64,000 bases of DNA from an uncultured SAR86 cluster bacterium. GTDB taxonomy: Bacteria; Pseudomonadota; Gammaproteobacteria; Magnimaribacterales; D2472. The stretch lies in NCBI GenBank assembly GCA_964275585.1, contig CAXYCJ010000013.1:152021-216020 (forward strand), in the 5' to 3' direction. Below the pieces are notes generated by a model, which saw only the letters and a program-made list of their open reading frames with translations, did no database searches and was not told the origin of the DNA. Below, piece by piece: positions 40,334 to 50,935 of the stretch. The first letter of the stretch is position 1. Every line of letters starts with the position of its first letter. Made by a program: the position numbers and the translations under genes.

Positions 40334-43300
40334 ATGTATAACCCTATGCTACAAGAAGACAATAAATTATCTCTCTATAATGACAGTCAAGCTAAAGACA
40401 ATTGTGGCTTTGGTTTAATTGTTAATCGTCATGGAGTATGCAATAGAGAGGTGGTGAAGCGGTCAATTGTGGGATTAAATAGCATGACGCATCGAGGAGC
40501 AATAGGCTCTGATGGCAAAACTGGAGATGGTTGCGGTCTCTTATTTGACTTGAATAAAAACTTTTATAAAAAAGTTTTAAAGAAAGAAAAAAACCTTGAA
40601 ATTCCAGATCTTTTTGGTATTTCGCAAATATTTTCTTCTAATGCTTTAAAAAATAATTTTTCAGCAATTAAGGCTATTTTAAAATCTGAAAGCTTGCATT
40701 TCTTTTGCTCCAGACCTGTCCCAATTAATAAATCCATATTAGGAGAAATTGCCCTAGCATCTTTGCCTCACATCAATCAGATTTTTATTACCCCATCATT
40801 AAAAGATTTTAATAGGGAGCGCTTTGAATCATGTCTCTTACAGGCAAGAAAAAAAATTGAACAAATATATGATGATGATGAAAAACTATATGTATGTAGT
40901 ATGTCTAGCCAAACTATTGTTTATAAAGGTTTAATGCTTCCAAATTCTATCGCCGATTTTTATAAAGATATTTCAAAAAAATCTTTTACAGCTAAGATTT
41001 GTCTATTCCACCAGCGATTCTCTACCAATACCCAACCCAGATGGCATTTAGCTCAACCGTTTAGGCTTCTTGCACATAACGGAGAAATTAATGCTATTCG
41101 AGGCAATAGGAATTGGGTGAAAGCTAGAACTTCAAAATTCTCTACTCCATTAATCCCAAGTATTGCAGAATTTAAATCGTTAGTTAACGAAACTGGATCA
41201 GACTCATCTGCGTTAGATAATATGGTTGAGCTGCTCATTAAGGGTGGTATCAATTTCTTTAGATCGATCAGAATGGTGTTACCTCCAGCTTGGCAAAATA
41301 TTCATACAATGGATCCAGAAGTTAGAGCATTTCATGAATATAATTCAATGCATATTGAACCTTGGGATGGTCCAGCAGGTATTGTCATGTCTGATGGCCA
41401 ATGGGCCATTTGCGTCCTTGATAGGAATGGCTTAAGACCAGCTCGTTACCAAGTACTTAGAAACGGAATGATTGTAATTGGATCTGAAACAGGTATTTAT
41501 CCAGCTCCTGATGAGGAGATATTACAAAGAGGGCGTTTAAGTCCAGGAGGTATTTTTGCTGTTAATACCGAGTCTGGTGAAATCCTTGATCAAACGGCAA
41601 TTGATAATCAATTAAAGCAGAATAAACCATATAGAGAGTGGCTAAAGAAATCTGCTATTTATCTTGAATCTACATTGGATGCTTTTGAAGGTCCAGGTAT
41701 CAAAAGAATACTCCATTCAGATTTTATCAAGGCATCTAAGCTTTTTTCATTATTCAATGAAGAAAGAGTTTCGGTTATAAAACCATTAGCGCTTGATGGA
41801 ATAGAGGGCACTGGATCAATGGGCGATGACACAGCCCTAGCAATGCTTAGCACGTTACCAAGATCAATTTATGATTACTTCCGGCAACAATTTGCTCAAG
41901 TCACCAATCCACCCATTGATTCCTTAAGAGAGTCTAGTGTCATGTCATTGGAGACCTGTTTTGGACCTGAATTAAATATTTTTGAAGAAACTAAACAGCA
42001 TGCAAAAAGAATTGTTAGCACTTCCCCCGTGCTTTCTCATAAAAAACTATCTTCCCTTTTAAACAATTCTTATTTTGATTCGGAAAGCTTTGATTTAATT
42101 TACTCGCCAAAAAATAATCTTCAAAATGCTTTGATAGCATTAACTAAAAAAGTGGTTGCATCTGTAAAGAGAGGCACGGTTATCATTCACCTTAATGAGC
42201 TATTGCCTTCAGATAAAGGCCTGTCAATTAATGCACTTTTAGCGGTCGGATGTATTCACCAAGAGTTAGTTAAGCTAGGACTAAGATCTGATGCCAATTT
42301 GATTATCAGCACCGCAACTGCCAGAGACACTCACCAACTGGCTTGTTTAATTAGTTTTGGTGCAACTGCAGTATATCCTTGGCTAGCTTTTCAGGTCATT
42401 TTAGATCTTACCCATCGTAATGAGCTAAAGGGAAGCCCAACAGCCAACTGTGCTAAGTACCGTAAAGGCATCAATAAAGGTCTTTTAAAAATAATTTCTA
42501 AAATTGGAATTTCAACTATATCCAGTTATCGAGGCTCTCAGCTGCATGAAATTGTTGGCCTGAATACCGATGTCGTCAAATTGTCATTTACTAATACTGT
42601 CAGCCGAGTTGGGGGAAAGACCTTAAAAGACTTAGATTCTGAAATGAGATCCCTGCAACAGTTTGCTTATTCAAATGTCAGTGAAATAAGCCTAGGAGGA
42701 CTGCTAAAATTTGTGCATGGTGGGGAATATCATGCATATAATCCAGCTGTTGTAAAAAAACTTCAAGAAGCTGTAAGCTCTGGTTCTATCAAGGTATATC
42801 AAGAATATGCTGATTTGGTAAATTTACGACCTCCTGCCATGTTAAGAGATTTAATGGAGCTGAATTACCCTAAAAAATCTAAAAAAAGTAAATTAGTTGA
42901 GCTTAACTCTTTATTGAAAAGATTTGATTCAGCAGGAATGAGTTTGGGAGCTCTGTCCCCAGATGCTCATGAGACATTAGCAGAAGCCATGAATAGCATG
43001 GGAGCTCGATCCAATTCAGGGGAGGGAGGCGAAGCTAAAGAGAGATACAACACAAGTAAAATGTCTAAGATCAAACAAGTTGCATCAGGTCGTTTTGGTG
43101 TAACCCCAGAGTACCTAGTCAATGCTGAGGTCCTTCAAATTAAAATTGCTCAGGGCGCTAAACCGGGTGAAGGTGGTCAATTACCAGGTGGAAAAGTGAA
43201 TGCCTTGATAGCTAAGCTAAGATATTCAACCCCAGGCATAACTCTGATTTCTCCTCCCCCCCATCATGATATTTATTCCATTGAGGATTTGGCGCAATTA

Positions 43301-44794
43301 ATTTTTGATTTAAAACAAGTTAATCCCAAGGCATTGGTTTCAGTTAAATTAGTATCAGAGCCAGGTGTTGGTACTATTGCCGCAGGGGTGGCAAAGGCTT
43401 ATGCAGACTTAATAACTATTTCTGGTCATGACGGGGGGACTGGAGCCAGCCCACTTTCCTCAATAAGATACGCAGGATCTCCCTGGGAACTTGGTTTATC
43501 TGAGGCTCATCAAGCACTTAGAGCTAGTAATCTTAGGCATAAGGTTAGATTACAAGCAGACGGTGGTTTAAAAACAGGTTTGGACGTAATTAAAGCTGCA
43601 ATTTTAGGAGCAGAGTCTTTTGGCTTTGGGACAGGTCCGATGATTGCCATGGGCTGTAAATATTTACGGATATGCCATCTCAATAACTGCGCAACAGGGG
43701 TTGCAACCCAGCGCAGAGATATTATAGATCAACACTTTATCGGCGAAAAAGAAAGAGTCGTAAATTATTTCACATTTATAGCAAATGAAGTCAGTCAAAT
43801 CCTAAGTGAGCTAGGGGTATCTAGCATCGAGGAAATTATTGGGCAAACAAGATACCTCAAAGATATTACACAATTCAGTGAAAAGACTAAAAATATAGAT
43901 ATTTCCTCTATTTTATATTCAGATCAAAAATCTTCATCACCCCACTTTTGCACTATGAAATCGAATGATCCATGGGATCAAGCAGACCTAAATAAAAAAA
44001 TAGTTAAAAATATAAAAGGCTCCATTGTTAACAATATAGAGTCTAATTTTTTCTATAATATTACTAACCGTGATAGATCTGTTGGCGCTCAAGCCTCTGG
44101 ACTTATTGCTTCAATCTATGGAGAAATAGGCGTTAAACAAAAACAAGTCCTAAATTTTCAAGGCTCTGCTGGTCAAAGTTTTGGTGCTTGGAATGCAAAC
44201 GGTTTGCATTTAAATCTACAAGGCGATGCAAATGATTATGTGGGCAAGGGAATGAATGGTGGCAAGATTATCATTTCTAGCTCGGCAGAATATGCATCTC
44301 AGGATACGCCAACTGTTTTAGTAGGAAATACTGCTCTATATGGAGCCACAGGAGGTGAGTTATTTGTAGCTGGCTGTGCTGGAGAGCGATTTGCTGTTAG
44401 AAATTCAGGAGCCTCAGCAGTTATTGAGGGCGCTGGTGACCATTGCTGCGAATACATGACTGGGGGTCACGTTACAGTTCTTGGTAATGTTGGAGCTAAC
44501 TTTGGTGCAGGAATGACAGGTGGATTTGCATATGTACTGGATACCAACAGGAGATTTTTTGATCAGTGCAATAGAAGTTTAGTTAATTTAGATCGAATTG
44601 TGAGCGAGGAAATGGAATCTCACAGAAAGTTTCTTAAACAGATCATTGCTATGCATATAAAAGAAACTAAAAGTGCACGGGCAAAAATAATCTTAGATGA
44701 GTTTGATAGGTATGAGCCTTCATTTTGGTTAGTTTCTCCAGCAGCCTTAAATATTCAAGACTTACTGAAAGCAACTACTGCAAGCGCTGCTTAG
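40334..44794 (+). CDS. gltB: Glutamate synthase large subunit
   Basis: CGFG N-terminal nucleophile, HQRFSTNT, FAQVTNPPID, QGAKPGEGGQL and CHLNNCATG. Confidence 0.98.
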   Translation: MYNPMLQEDNKLSLYNDSQAKDNCGFGLIVNRHGVCNREVVKRSIVGLNSMTHRGAIGSDGKTGDGCGLLFDLNKNFYKKVLKKEKNLEIPDLFGISQIFSSNALKNNFSAIKAILKSESLHFFCSRPVPINKSILGEIALASLPHINQIFITPSLKDFNRERFESCLLQARKKIEQIYDDDEKLYVCSMSSQTIVYKGLMLPNSIADFYKDISKKSFTAKICLFHQRFSTNTQPRWHLAQPFRLLAHNGEINAIRGNRNWVKARTSKFSTPLIPSIAEFKSLVNETGSDSSALDNMVELLIKGGINFFRSIRMVLPPAWQNIHTMDPEVRAFHEYNSMHIEPWDGPAGIVMSDGQWAICVLDRNGLRPARYQVLRNGMIVIGSETGIYPAPDEEILQRGRLSPGGIFAVNTESGEILDQTAIDNQLKQNKPYREWLKKSAIYLESTLDAFEGPGIKRILHSDFIKASKLFSLFNEERVSVIKPLALDGIEGTGSMGDDTALAMLSTLPRSIYDYFRQQFAQVTNPPIDSLRESSVMSLETCFGPELNIFEETKQHAKRIVSTSPVLSHKKLSSLLNNSYFDSESFDLIYSPKNNLQNALIALTKKVVASVKRGTVIIHLNELLPSDKGLSINALLAVGCIHQELVKLGLRSDANLIISTATARDTHQLACLISFGATAVYPWLAFQVILDLTHRNELKGSPTANCAKYRKGINKGLLKIISKIGISTISSYRGSQLHEIVGLNTDVVKLSFTNTVSRVGGKTLKDLDSEMRSLQQFAYSNVSEISLGGLLKFVHGGEYHAYNPAVVKKLQEAVSSGSIKVYQEYADLVNLRPPAMLRDLMELNYPKKSKKSKLVELNSLLKRFDSAGMSLGALSPDAHETLAEAMNSMGARSNSGEGGEAKERYNTSKMSKIKQVASGRFGVTPEYLVNAEVLQIKIAQGAKPGEGGQLPGGKVNALIAKLRYSTPGITLISPPPHHDIYSIEDLAQLIFDLKQVNPKALVSVKLVSEPGVGTIAAGVAKAYADLITISGHDGGTGASPLSSIRYAGSPWELGLSEAHQALRASNLRHKVRLQADGGLKTGLDVIKAAILGAESFGFGTGPMIAMGCKYLRICHLNNCATGVATQRRDIIDQHFIGEKERVVNYFTFIANEVSQILSELGVSSIEEIIGQTRYLKDITQFSEKTKNIDISSILYSDQKSSSPHFCTMKSNDPWDQADLNKKIVKNIKGSIVNNIESNFFYNITNRDRSVGAQASGLIASIYGEIGVKQKQVLNFQGSAGQSFGAWNANGLHLNLQGDANDYVGKGMNGGKIIISSSAEYASQDTPTVLVGNTALYGATGGELFVAGCAGERFAVRNSGASAVIEGAGDHCCEYMTGGHVTVLGNVGANFGAGMTGGFAYVLDTNRRFFDQCNRSLVNLDRIVSEEMESHRKFLKQIIAMHIKETKSARAKIILDEFDRYEPSFWLVSPAALNIQDLLKATTASAA

Positions 44795-44795
44795 A

Positions 44796-45869
44796 TTAAA
44801 TGATCATTGAGCGCCTAAGGTTTTTGCGATCAAACTGATCAGTAACAAATCCCCGAGCGATACCGTTTAATAGCACTAAATTTAAAGTACCTTGCTTGAT
44901 CTTTTTATCTCTAAAAATAAAAGGTTTTAGATCTGAATATTTATATTCATGCAAAGATAAATCAAATTTAAAATTCTCCAATAAGCTTTTGATGTTCAAA
45001 AGCTCATCTTTAGAAATCATCCCTTCTAAGAATGAAATATTGCTAGCAATTAACATTCCCTTTGCAACTCCCTCCCCATGGAGAATTTTTTTAAATTTTC
45101 CATGAGCCTCTATAGCATGTCCAAATGTGTGGCCAAAATTTAGAATTGCTCGTATTCCCATTTCTTTTTCATCTTTGGTCACAATTTTAGCTTTTGTTTT
45201 AATAGATTCAAAAATGATTTCTTCAATTATTATTTGATCATGCGATGAAATCTTTTCGATATTTTTTCTCAAAAGTGATAAAAGATATTTATTTTGAATT
45301 AGAGCATATTTAATCACCTCAGCTAATCCAGCTGTGAACTCCCTTGACGGCAAAGAATCAAGAGATGAGGTATCTATAATAACTCCTTTAGGGTTATGGA
45401 ATGCTCCAATAAGATTTTTTCCAGCAGGAATATTAATTGCAGTTTTGCCACCAACAGATGAATCAACTTGAGCTAGAAGAGTGGTGGGAATTTGAATAAA
45501 TTGAATGCCTCTGAGGTAAGAACTGGCAACATACCCCGCAATATCACCAACAACTCCTCCACCTAAAGCTATAATTAAATCACTTCTATCAAAATTATTC
45601 TTAATTAAAAAATTTACAAGGTTTTGAAAGTTTTGAATTCCTTTTGCTTGTTCTCCTTGTTGCAAAGTCTGTGTGAATACCGTTGATGAATTTTTGCAGA
45701 TGGCGGTTACAGTGTTAACAATTGTTCTGGGAATTCCTTTGTCTGAAATAATGAGAATTTTTTTATGATCTTTAATAAGTGGAATAAGGCTTTTCTTAGA
45801 AATTACATTTTTACCAATAATAATTTCATATTGGTTTTTCTTGTGGCCAGCAAATAATTTTCTAGCCAT
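44796..45869 (-). CDS. aroB: 3-dehydroquinate synthase
   Basis: GGGVVGD, PTTLLAQVDSSVGGKT and LNFGHTFGHA. Confidence 0.97.
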   Translation of the reverse strand: MARKLFAGHKKNQYEIIIGKNVISKKSLIPLIKDHKKILIISDKGIPRTIVNTVTAICKNSSTVFTQTLQQGEQAKGIQNFQNLVNFLIKNNFDRSDLIIALGGGVVGDIAGYVASSYLRGIQFIQIPTTLLAQVDSSVGGKTAINIPAGKNLIGAFHNPKGVIIDTSSLDSLPSREFTAGLAEVIKYALIQNKYLLSLLRKNIEKISSHDQIIIEEIIFESIKTKAKIVTKDEKEMGIRAILNFGHTFGHAIEAHGKFKKILHGEGVAKGMLIASNISFLEGMISKDELLNIKSLLENFKFDLSLHEYKYSDLKPFIFRDKKIKQGTLNLVLLNGIARGFVTDQFDRKNLRRSMII

Positions 45870-46371
45870 AGTTTTTAACTAATTTTATAATCTCGTTTGC
45901 AACCTCTGAGCCACTTTTATTTTCTGTATTAATAATATGATCAGCAACTTCTTCATATAAAGATTGTCTAGATTCCTGAAGATCAGCCAGGATTTTTGAA
46001 GGATCATTGCCTTTTAATAAAGGCCTATCTTTGTCCTTTGAAGTTCTTTCAATCTGGATGCTTAAAGGTGTATGTAAATAAAAAACTGTACCTCTAGATG
46101 CTAAGAGTTCCCTATTTTCATTCTCTATTACTATGCCGCCTCCAGTCGCTAAAACAATTGAATTTAATGATACTAAATCTTTAAGCACTAAAGTTTCTCT
46201 TTTTCTAAAACCTTTTTCTCCCTCGATATCAAAAATCCAGTCTATTGTTACGCCAGTCTTTTCTTCAATTGTGCTATCAGTATCATGAAAATCTAGAAAA
46301 AGCTCATTTGCTACTATTTTTCCAACAGTAGTTTTCCCAGAGCCCATAGGGCCTACAATAAATATATTCAT
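45862..46371 (-). CDS. aroK: Shikimate kinase
   Basis: GPMGSGKTT, EGEKGFR, ATGGG and RPLL. Confidence 0.96.
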   Translation of the reverse strand: MNIFIVGPMGSGKTTVGKIVANELFLDFHDTDSTIEEKTGVTIDWIFDIEGEKGFRKRETLVLKDLVSLNSIVLATGGGIVIENENRELLASRGTVFYLHTPLSIQIERTSKDKDRPLLKGNDPSKILADLQESRQSLYEEVADHIINTENKSGSEVANEIIKLVKNYG

Positions 46372-46480
46372 GCTTAGTATTTTAGAATGAAGATTCTACC
46401 ATTTATAGGGGTAAAATAATTCTTATTATTAAATCCAAAGGTTTAATAATTAGAAATAGTGGATTTTTATTTTTAATGCT

Positions 46481-48922
46481 ATGTTTATTAAGATTTTTCA
46501 GTGGACTCTTTCATGCGCTTTAGCAGGAACCCTTATATCTATCCTGATCATTACTAGCACTTATTTTTTTTTAAAACCAAATCTTCCCGAAATTAACTTG
46601 GTTGATCAAGATATTTTACAAGTTCCACTTAAAGTGTTTTCTTCTGATGCATTACTTATTGGTGAGTTTGGTGATCAAAAAAGGCGCACCATTGAATATC
46701 ATGAAATACCTGAAAATCTAAAAAATGCCTTTTTAGCAGCGGAAGATGATCAATTTTTTGAGCATAATGGCATTCGAGTTCTTTCATTTTTGAGGGCTTT
46801 TTTTCAGCTCATTGAATCAGGAGAAATTGTTAGTGGCGGTGGAACAATAACTATGCAGGTCGTAAGAGGTTATTTACTAACAAGAGAGCAAAAAATTATC
46901 AGGAAAATTAAGGAGATTTATTTAGCATTTGAACTTGAAAGTAAGGCCTCAAAGGAAGAAATTTTTTCTTTATACCTAAACACTATCTTTTTGGGCAATC
47001 GTGCTTATGGGGTAGAAGCAGCAGCAGATAAGTATTTTGCAAAATCTATCAATGAATTAACGTTAGCAGAATCAGCATTAATAGCTTCCTCGGCCCAGTT
47101 ACCCTCGAGAATTAACCCTATTCGCTCTCCTGAAAGATCTACAGTGAGAAGAAACTGGATTCTTGGGAGGATGTATAAACTTGGTTATATTGGCAAAGCT
47201 CAATTTTTGCTTGCAAAAGAAGAGCCAATTAACCTAATGAAACCAGATTCAAGTTTTGAATTAGATGGTCGGTATATTGCAGAAATTGTTCGTCAAGAAA
47301 TGATTAATAGGTATGGCCTTTCAGTTTACAAAGATGGACTTTCAGTATTTACAACAATAGACTCATCTCTCCAAAAAGCAGCAATTAAAAGCATTAGCAC
47401 CAATTTATTTATCTATGATAAGCGACATGGTTGGAGAGAGCCAAGAAATTACATTGATAAGCTACCCGCAAAGGTATTCTCAGATTTGGGGGCAGGCAAA
47501 ACAAAAGTATTATATGAAGTATCAGGCGAAAAAGATGCTCTTGGAATGCAACAATCTTTAATCTCTATTATAAGAGACTTGTTTGATGAATCAATAAATT
47601 TAGACTCTCATCGAAGAGCCCTTATAGTTGATATTAAGCCAGAGAGAGCTATCTACTTAGATGATGAATTCAACCTCCAGAGCCTTGCATGGGAAGATAA
47701 TTATAAGTGGGCAAGACGAAGAATCAGTATAAATAAATTGGGTCCAGTGCCCCAGAATTTTTATGACATTTTAAGAGTTGGAGATTTAATTTATCTCTCA
47801 GGTACCTCGACAGAAATTCAACTTGACCAAATTCCTGAGGCCGAGATCGCTTTTATTTCTTCTGATCCTTCTTCGGGTGCAATACGCTCATATCTTGGAG
47901 GATTAAATTTCTCTAAAAGCAATTTTGATCGAGTGAAACAGTCATTTCCGCAGGCAGGCTCTAGCTTTAAACCCTTTATTTACTCCGCAGCTTTTGCTAA
48001 TGGGTACAGCGGAGCAGATAAAATAAATGATGCGCCAATCATTTTTGAAGATGATAACTTAGAAAGCAGCTGGCGTCCTGAAAACTATACTGGCAAATTT
48101 TATGGTCCAATGAGACTTCGAGAGGCTTTAGTTCAATCAGTAAATCTTGTTTCAATAAAATTGCTTCGAGAAATTGGTATTAATACTGCTCAAGATTTTT
48201 TAGTAAAATTTGGATTTTCTAAATCAAGGTTAGCTCCAGACCTATCACTCGCCCTTGGATCTTCAAGTTTTTCACCTGCAGAAATGAACAGAGCCTACAA
48301 TATTTTAGCAAATTCAGGCGTTGGCCATGAATTATACTTTATTGATAAAATTATGGATCGAAATGGCAATACTATTTTTCAGCATCCTGATTCTAAGAAT
48401 AAAGAAGAACTTGAGAGGAATATCAATGGTTTCCCATGGTTTAATGCAGACCTTACGCTCGTACCAAAACCATTTCTACTTTTACCTAGCCTAGAGCATG
48501 ATCAGCAATCAATAGACCCAAGAATAGCCTTTATAACCAAAGATATTCTTAGAGAAGCCCTGCAAAGAGGAAGCAATGGTAGAAGAACTAAGATACTTGG
48601 TCGTTCTGATATAGCAGGAAAAACTGGCACAACAAATGATGCTATTAGCACTTGGTTTTCTGGGTTTCATAAAGACTTATCTGCAACAGTATGGATAGGT
48701 ACAGATGATTTCTCTTCTCTCGGTAATAATGAATTTGGCTCCTCTGTTGCATTGCCGGTTTGGGTTGATTTTATGAAATCAGCTTTAAATGATTTGCCGA
48801 TTGATCCATGGAGGGCACCTGCAGGACTTTCTTATGTTAGCGTTGATAGGGAATCTGGAAAGCCTACGGATAAACTTAGTAATAGCTCGTACTTTGAATT
48901 ATTCTTAGAGGAGGCTAACTAG
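46481..48922 (+). CDS. mrcA: Penicillin-binding protein 1A
   Basis: AAEDDQFF and GGGTITMQ transglycosylase motifs; SSFK, SVN and KTG transpeptidase motifs. Confidence 0.95.
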   Translation: MFIKIFQWTLSCALAGTLISILIITSTYFFLKPNLPEINLVDQDILQVPLKVFSSDALLIGEFGDQKRRTIEYHEIPENLKNAFLAAEDDQFFEHNGIRVLSFLRAFFQLIESGEIVSGGGTITMQVVRGYLLTREQKIIRKIKEIYLAFELESKASKEEIFSLYLNTIFLGNRAYGVEAAADKYFAKSINELTLAESALIASSAQLPSRINPIRSPERSTVRRNWILGRMYKLGYIGKAQFLLAKEEPINLMKPDSSFELDGRYIAEIVRQEMINRYGLSVYKDGLSVFTTIDSSLQKAAIKSISTNLFIYDKRHGWREPRNYIDKLPAKVFSDLGAGKTKVLYEVSGEKDALGMQQSLISIIRDLFDESINLDSHRRALIVDIKPERAIYLDDEFNLQSLAWEDNYKWARRRISINKLGPVPQNFYDILRVGDLIYLSGTSTEIQLDQIPEAEIAFISSDPSSGAIRSYLGGLNFSKSNFDRVKQSFPQAGSSFKPFIYSAAFANGYSGADKINDAPIIFEDDNLESSWRPENYTGKFYGPMRLREALVQSVNLVSIKLLREIGINTAQDFLVKFGFSKSRLAPDLSLALGSSSFSPAEMNRAYNILANSGVGHELYFIDKIMDRNGNTIFQHPDSKNKEELERNINGFPWFNADLTLVPKPFLLLPSLEHDQQSIDPRIAFITKDILREALQRGSNGRRTKILGRSDIAGKTGTTNDAISTWFSGFHKDLSATVWIGTDDFSSLGNNEFGSSVALPVWVDFMKSALNDLPIDPWRAPAGLSYVSVDRESGKPTDKLSNSSYFELFLEEAN

Positions 48923-49491
48923 ATTTTAAAAATGCTTTTTGAAAGCAAAATCCAATAATTTTCTATATAACTGCTGGGTATTTCTTTAAAACCATTCCTG
49001 ATAAATCTAGAGATTATTCCCTCCATCGTAGATATAACTAAATGCGCACTTATGCCTGGAGTTAATTGAATGTTTTCTTTGTTAGAAGATAAAATTTGTT
49101 TCATTGAAAGCTCAAGCCTCTCATAGAACTGGTTAACGGCATCAATTACATTTTTTTCATTTGGACCTAATGCTTCCCTAGAAAGAATACGCGCAAAGCC
49201 TTTATTCTTCTCCAGAAAGATAATAAAAAAGAAGAAAATTAATCTTATTTTCTCAAGCGACTCAATAGAACCATCTTTTTTTATTTCACCAACTTTTTGA
49301 AAAATAGTTTGATCACAAAAGTTAAATAGTTCTAAGAATATGGAGCGCTTGCTAGGAAAATGTCTATAAAGGGCTGCTTCAGTGACCCCACTTTCTTTTG
49401 CTAGAATCGCTGTTGTAACTTTTGTTGCATCCCGCTCTTCAAGCAGTTTTGCTAATCCTTGTAGAATAATTTGCTTCCGATCCTTTGCCAT
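48919..49491 (-). CDS. slmA: Nucleoid occlusion factor SlmA (TetR family)
   Basis: RKQIILQGLAKLLE..TTAILAKESGVTEAALYRHFPSK. Confidence 0.82.
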   Translation of the reverse strand: MAKDRKQIILQGLAKLLEERDATKVTTAILAKESGVTEAALYRHFPSKRSIFLELFNFCDQTIFQKVGEIKKDGSIESLEKIRLIFFFFIIFLEKNKGFARILSREALGPNEKNVIDAVNQFYERLELSMKQILSSNKENIQLTPGISAHLVISTMEGIISRFIRNGFKEIPSSYIENYWILLSKSIFKI

Positions 49492-49495
49492 AATA

Positions 49496-50869
49496 CTAGC
49501 TTAGCTTAATCTCAATTGATTCATCAATCTGTTTTAACTGTACTAAAAATAAATTTTTAATTTCTTCTAATCGCTCAGAAGTATTTGCCTCAAACCGCAT
49601 GACTAGTTTAGGGGTTGTATTAGATGCCCTAAGCAGACCCCAGCCATCATTGAAATTCACTCTTAATCCATCAATAGTATTTTTTTCGCCACCCTTAAAC
49701 TCTGAACTTTGAATAAAACGCTCTACGATTTGAAATTTCTTTTCTTCTAAAACATCAATATTCATTTCAGGCGTTGAAAATGCTTTTGGAAGATCCTTAT
49801 AAATCAAGGAAAGAGGTTTTTTGCTTTGGATCAGTATCTCTATTAATCTAAAAGCAGAATAGTGACCGTCATCGAATCCGTACCATCGATCATTAAAAAA
49901 AATATGACCGCTCATCTCACCAGCAAGAGGAGCGCTAGTTTTTTTTAGAACATTTTTTATATGAAAATGGCCTGTCGGAGACATCACTGGAATACCTCCA
50001 TTGTCTTCGATACTTTGATTGAGTAAATTAGAACACTTTACATCAAAGATAATTTGCGCACCTTTGTTACGCGTAAGAACTTCTTTTGCAAATATCATCA
50101 TCAGCTGATCAGGAAAAATTATTTCACCTCTATCAGTCACGACGCCCAATCTGTCTCCGTCTCCATCAAAGGCTATACCTACATCAGCTTGCTTGTCTTT
50201 TACTTCGTTTATTAAATCTTGAAGATTTTCTGGCTTGCCTGGATCGGGATGATGGTTTGGAAACTCACCATCAATTTCACAAAACAGCTCGATAACTTCA
50301 TGCCCTAAAGCTCTTATTAATTTAGGTGCAATTTCTCCTGCTGCTCCATTTCCACAATCAATCACTACCTTTAAGATCTCTCTTTTTTCAGTAACTTGGG
50401 AGCAGACCTCTTGTATATACTCATCCATGATATTTGTTTTAATTACCTCATCGCCATAATCCATTTTAGAAAAATCTGATGTTGATATGAAATCAAATAT
50501 TTCCAAACCTGATACTGGCGAATCGTTAATCACTATCTTGAGTCCATTATAATTTTTGGGATTATGGCTGCCAGTAATCATAACTCCAGATTTTGAAGAA
50601 AGTTTCTTAGCTGCATAGTAAAGTAACGGACTGGTAACCAAGCCAACATTAATAACATGGAGACCAAGATTTTGTAATTCTAAAGACAAGCATTTCAGGA
50701 GCTCTTCTCCAGATAATCTTCCATCTCTTCCAATAGCAATCTCATTTACCCTTTCGCTAGAGCATTTAGCAGCTATAGCCATTGCAATTACTCGTACTAC
50801 ATTTGCATTGAGTTGGTCTGGCACAATGCCTCGAATGTCATATTCCCTAAAAATAGATTGGTCAATCAT
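49496..50869 (-). CDS. algC: Phosphomannomutase/phosphoglucomutase
   Basis: FREYDIRG, TGSHNP, FDGDGDR, GEMSGH and RASNT. Confidence 0.93.
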   Translation of the reverse strand: MIDQSIFREYDIRGIVPDQLNANVVRVIAMAIAAKCSSERVNEIAIGRDGRLSGEELLKCLSLELQNLGLHVINVGLVTSPLLYYAAKKLSSKSGVMITGSHNPKNYNGLKIVINDSPVSGLEIFDFISTSDFSKMDYGDEVIKTNIMDEYIQEVCSQVTEKREILKVVIDCGNGAAGEIAPKLIRALGHEVIELFCEIDGEFPNHHPDPGKPENLQDLINEVKDKQADVGIAFDGDGDRLGVVTDRGEIIFPDQLMMIFAKEVLTRNKGAQIIFDVKCSNLLNQSIEDNGGIPVMSPTGHFHIKNVLKKTSAPLAGEMSGHIFFNDRWYGFDDGHYSAFRLIEILIQSKKPLSLIYKDLPKAFSTPEMNIDVLEEKKFQIVERFIQSSEFKGGEKNTIDGLRVNFNDGWGLLRASNTTPKLVMRFEANTSERLEEIKNLFLVQLKQIDESIEIKLS

Positions 50870-50935
50870 AGCGATTTAGATTTCATTATATTATCTGATT
50901 TGTCATAATAGCTGAGACTTAAAACCATAAACAAC

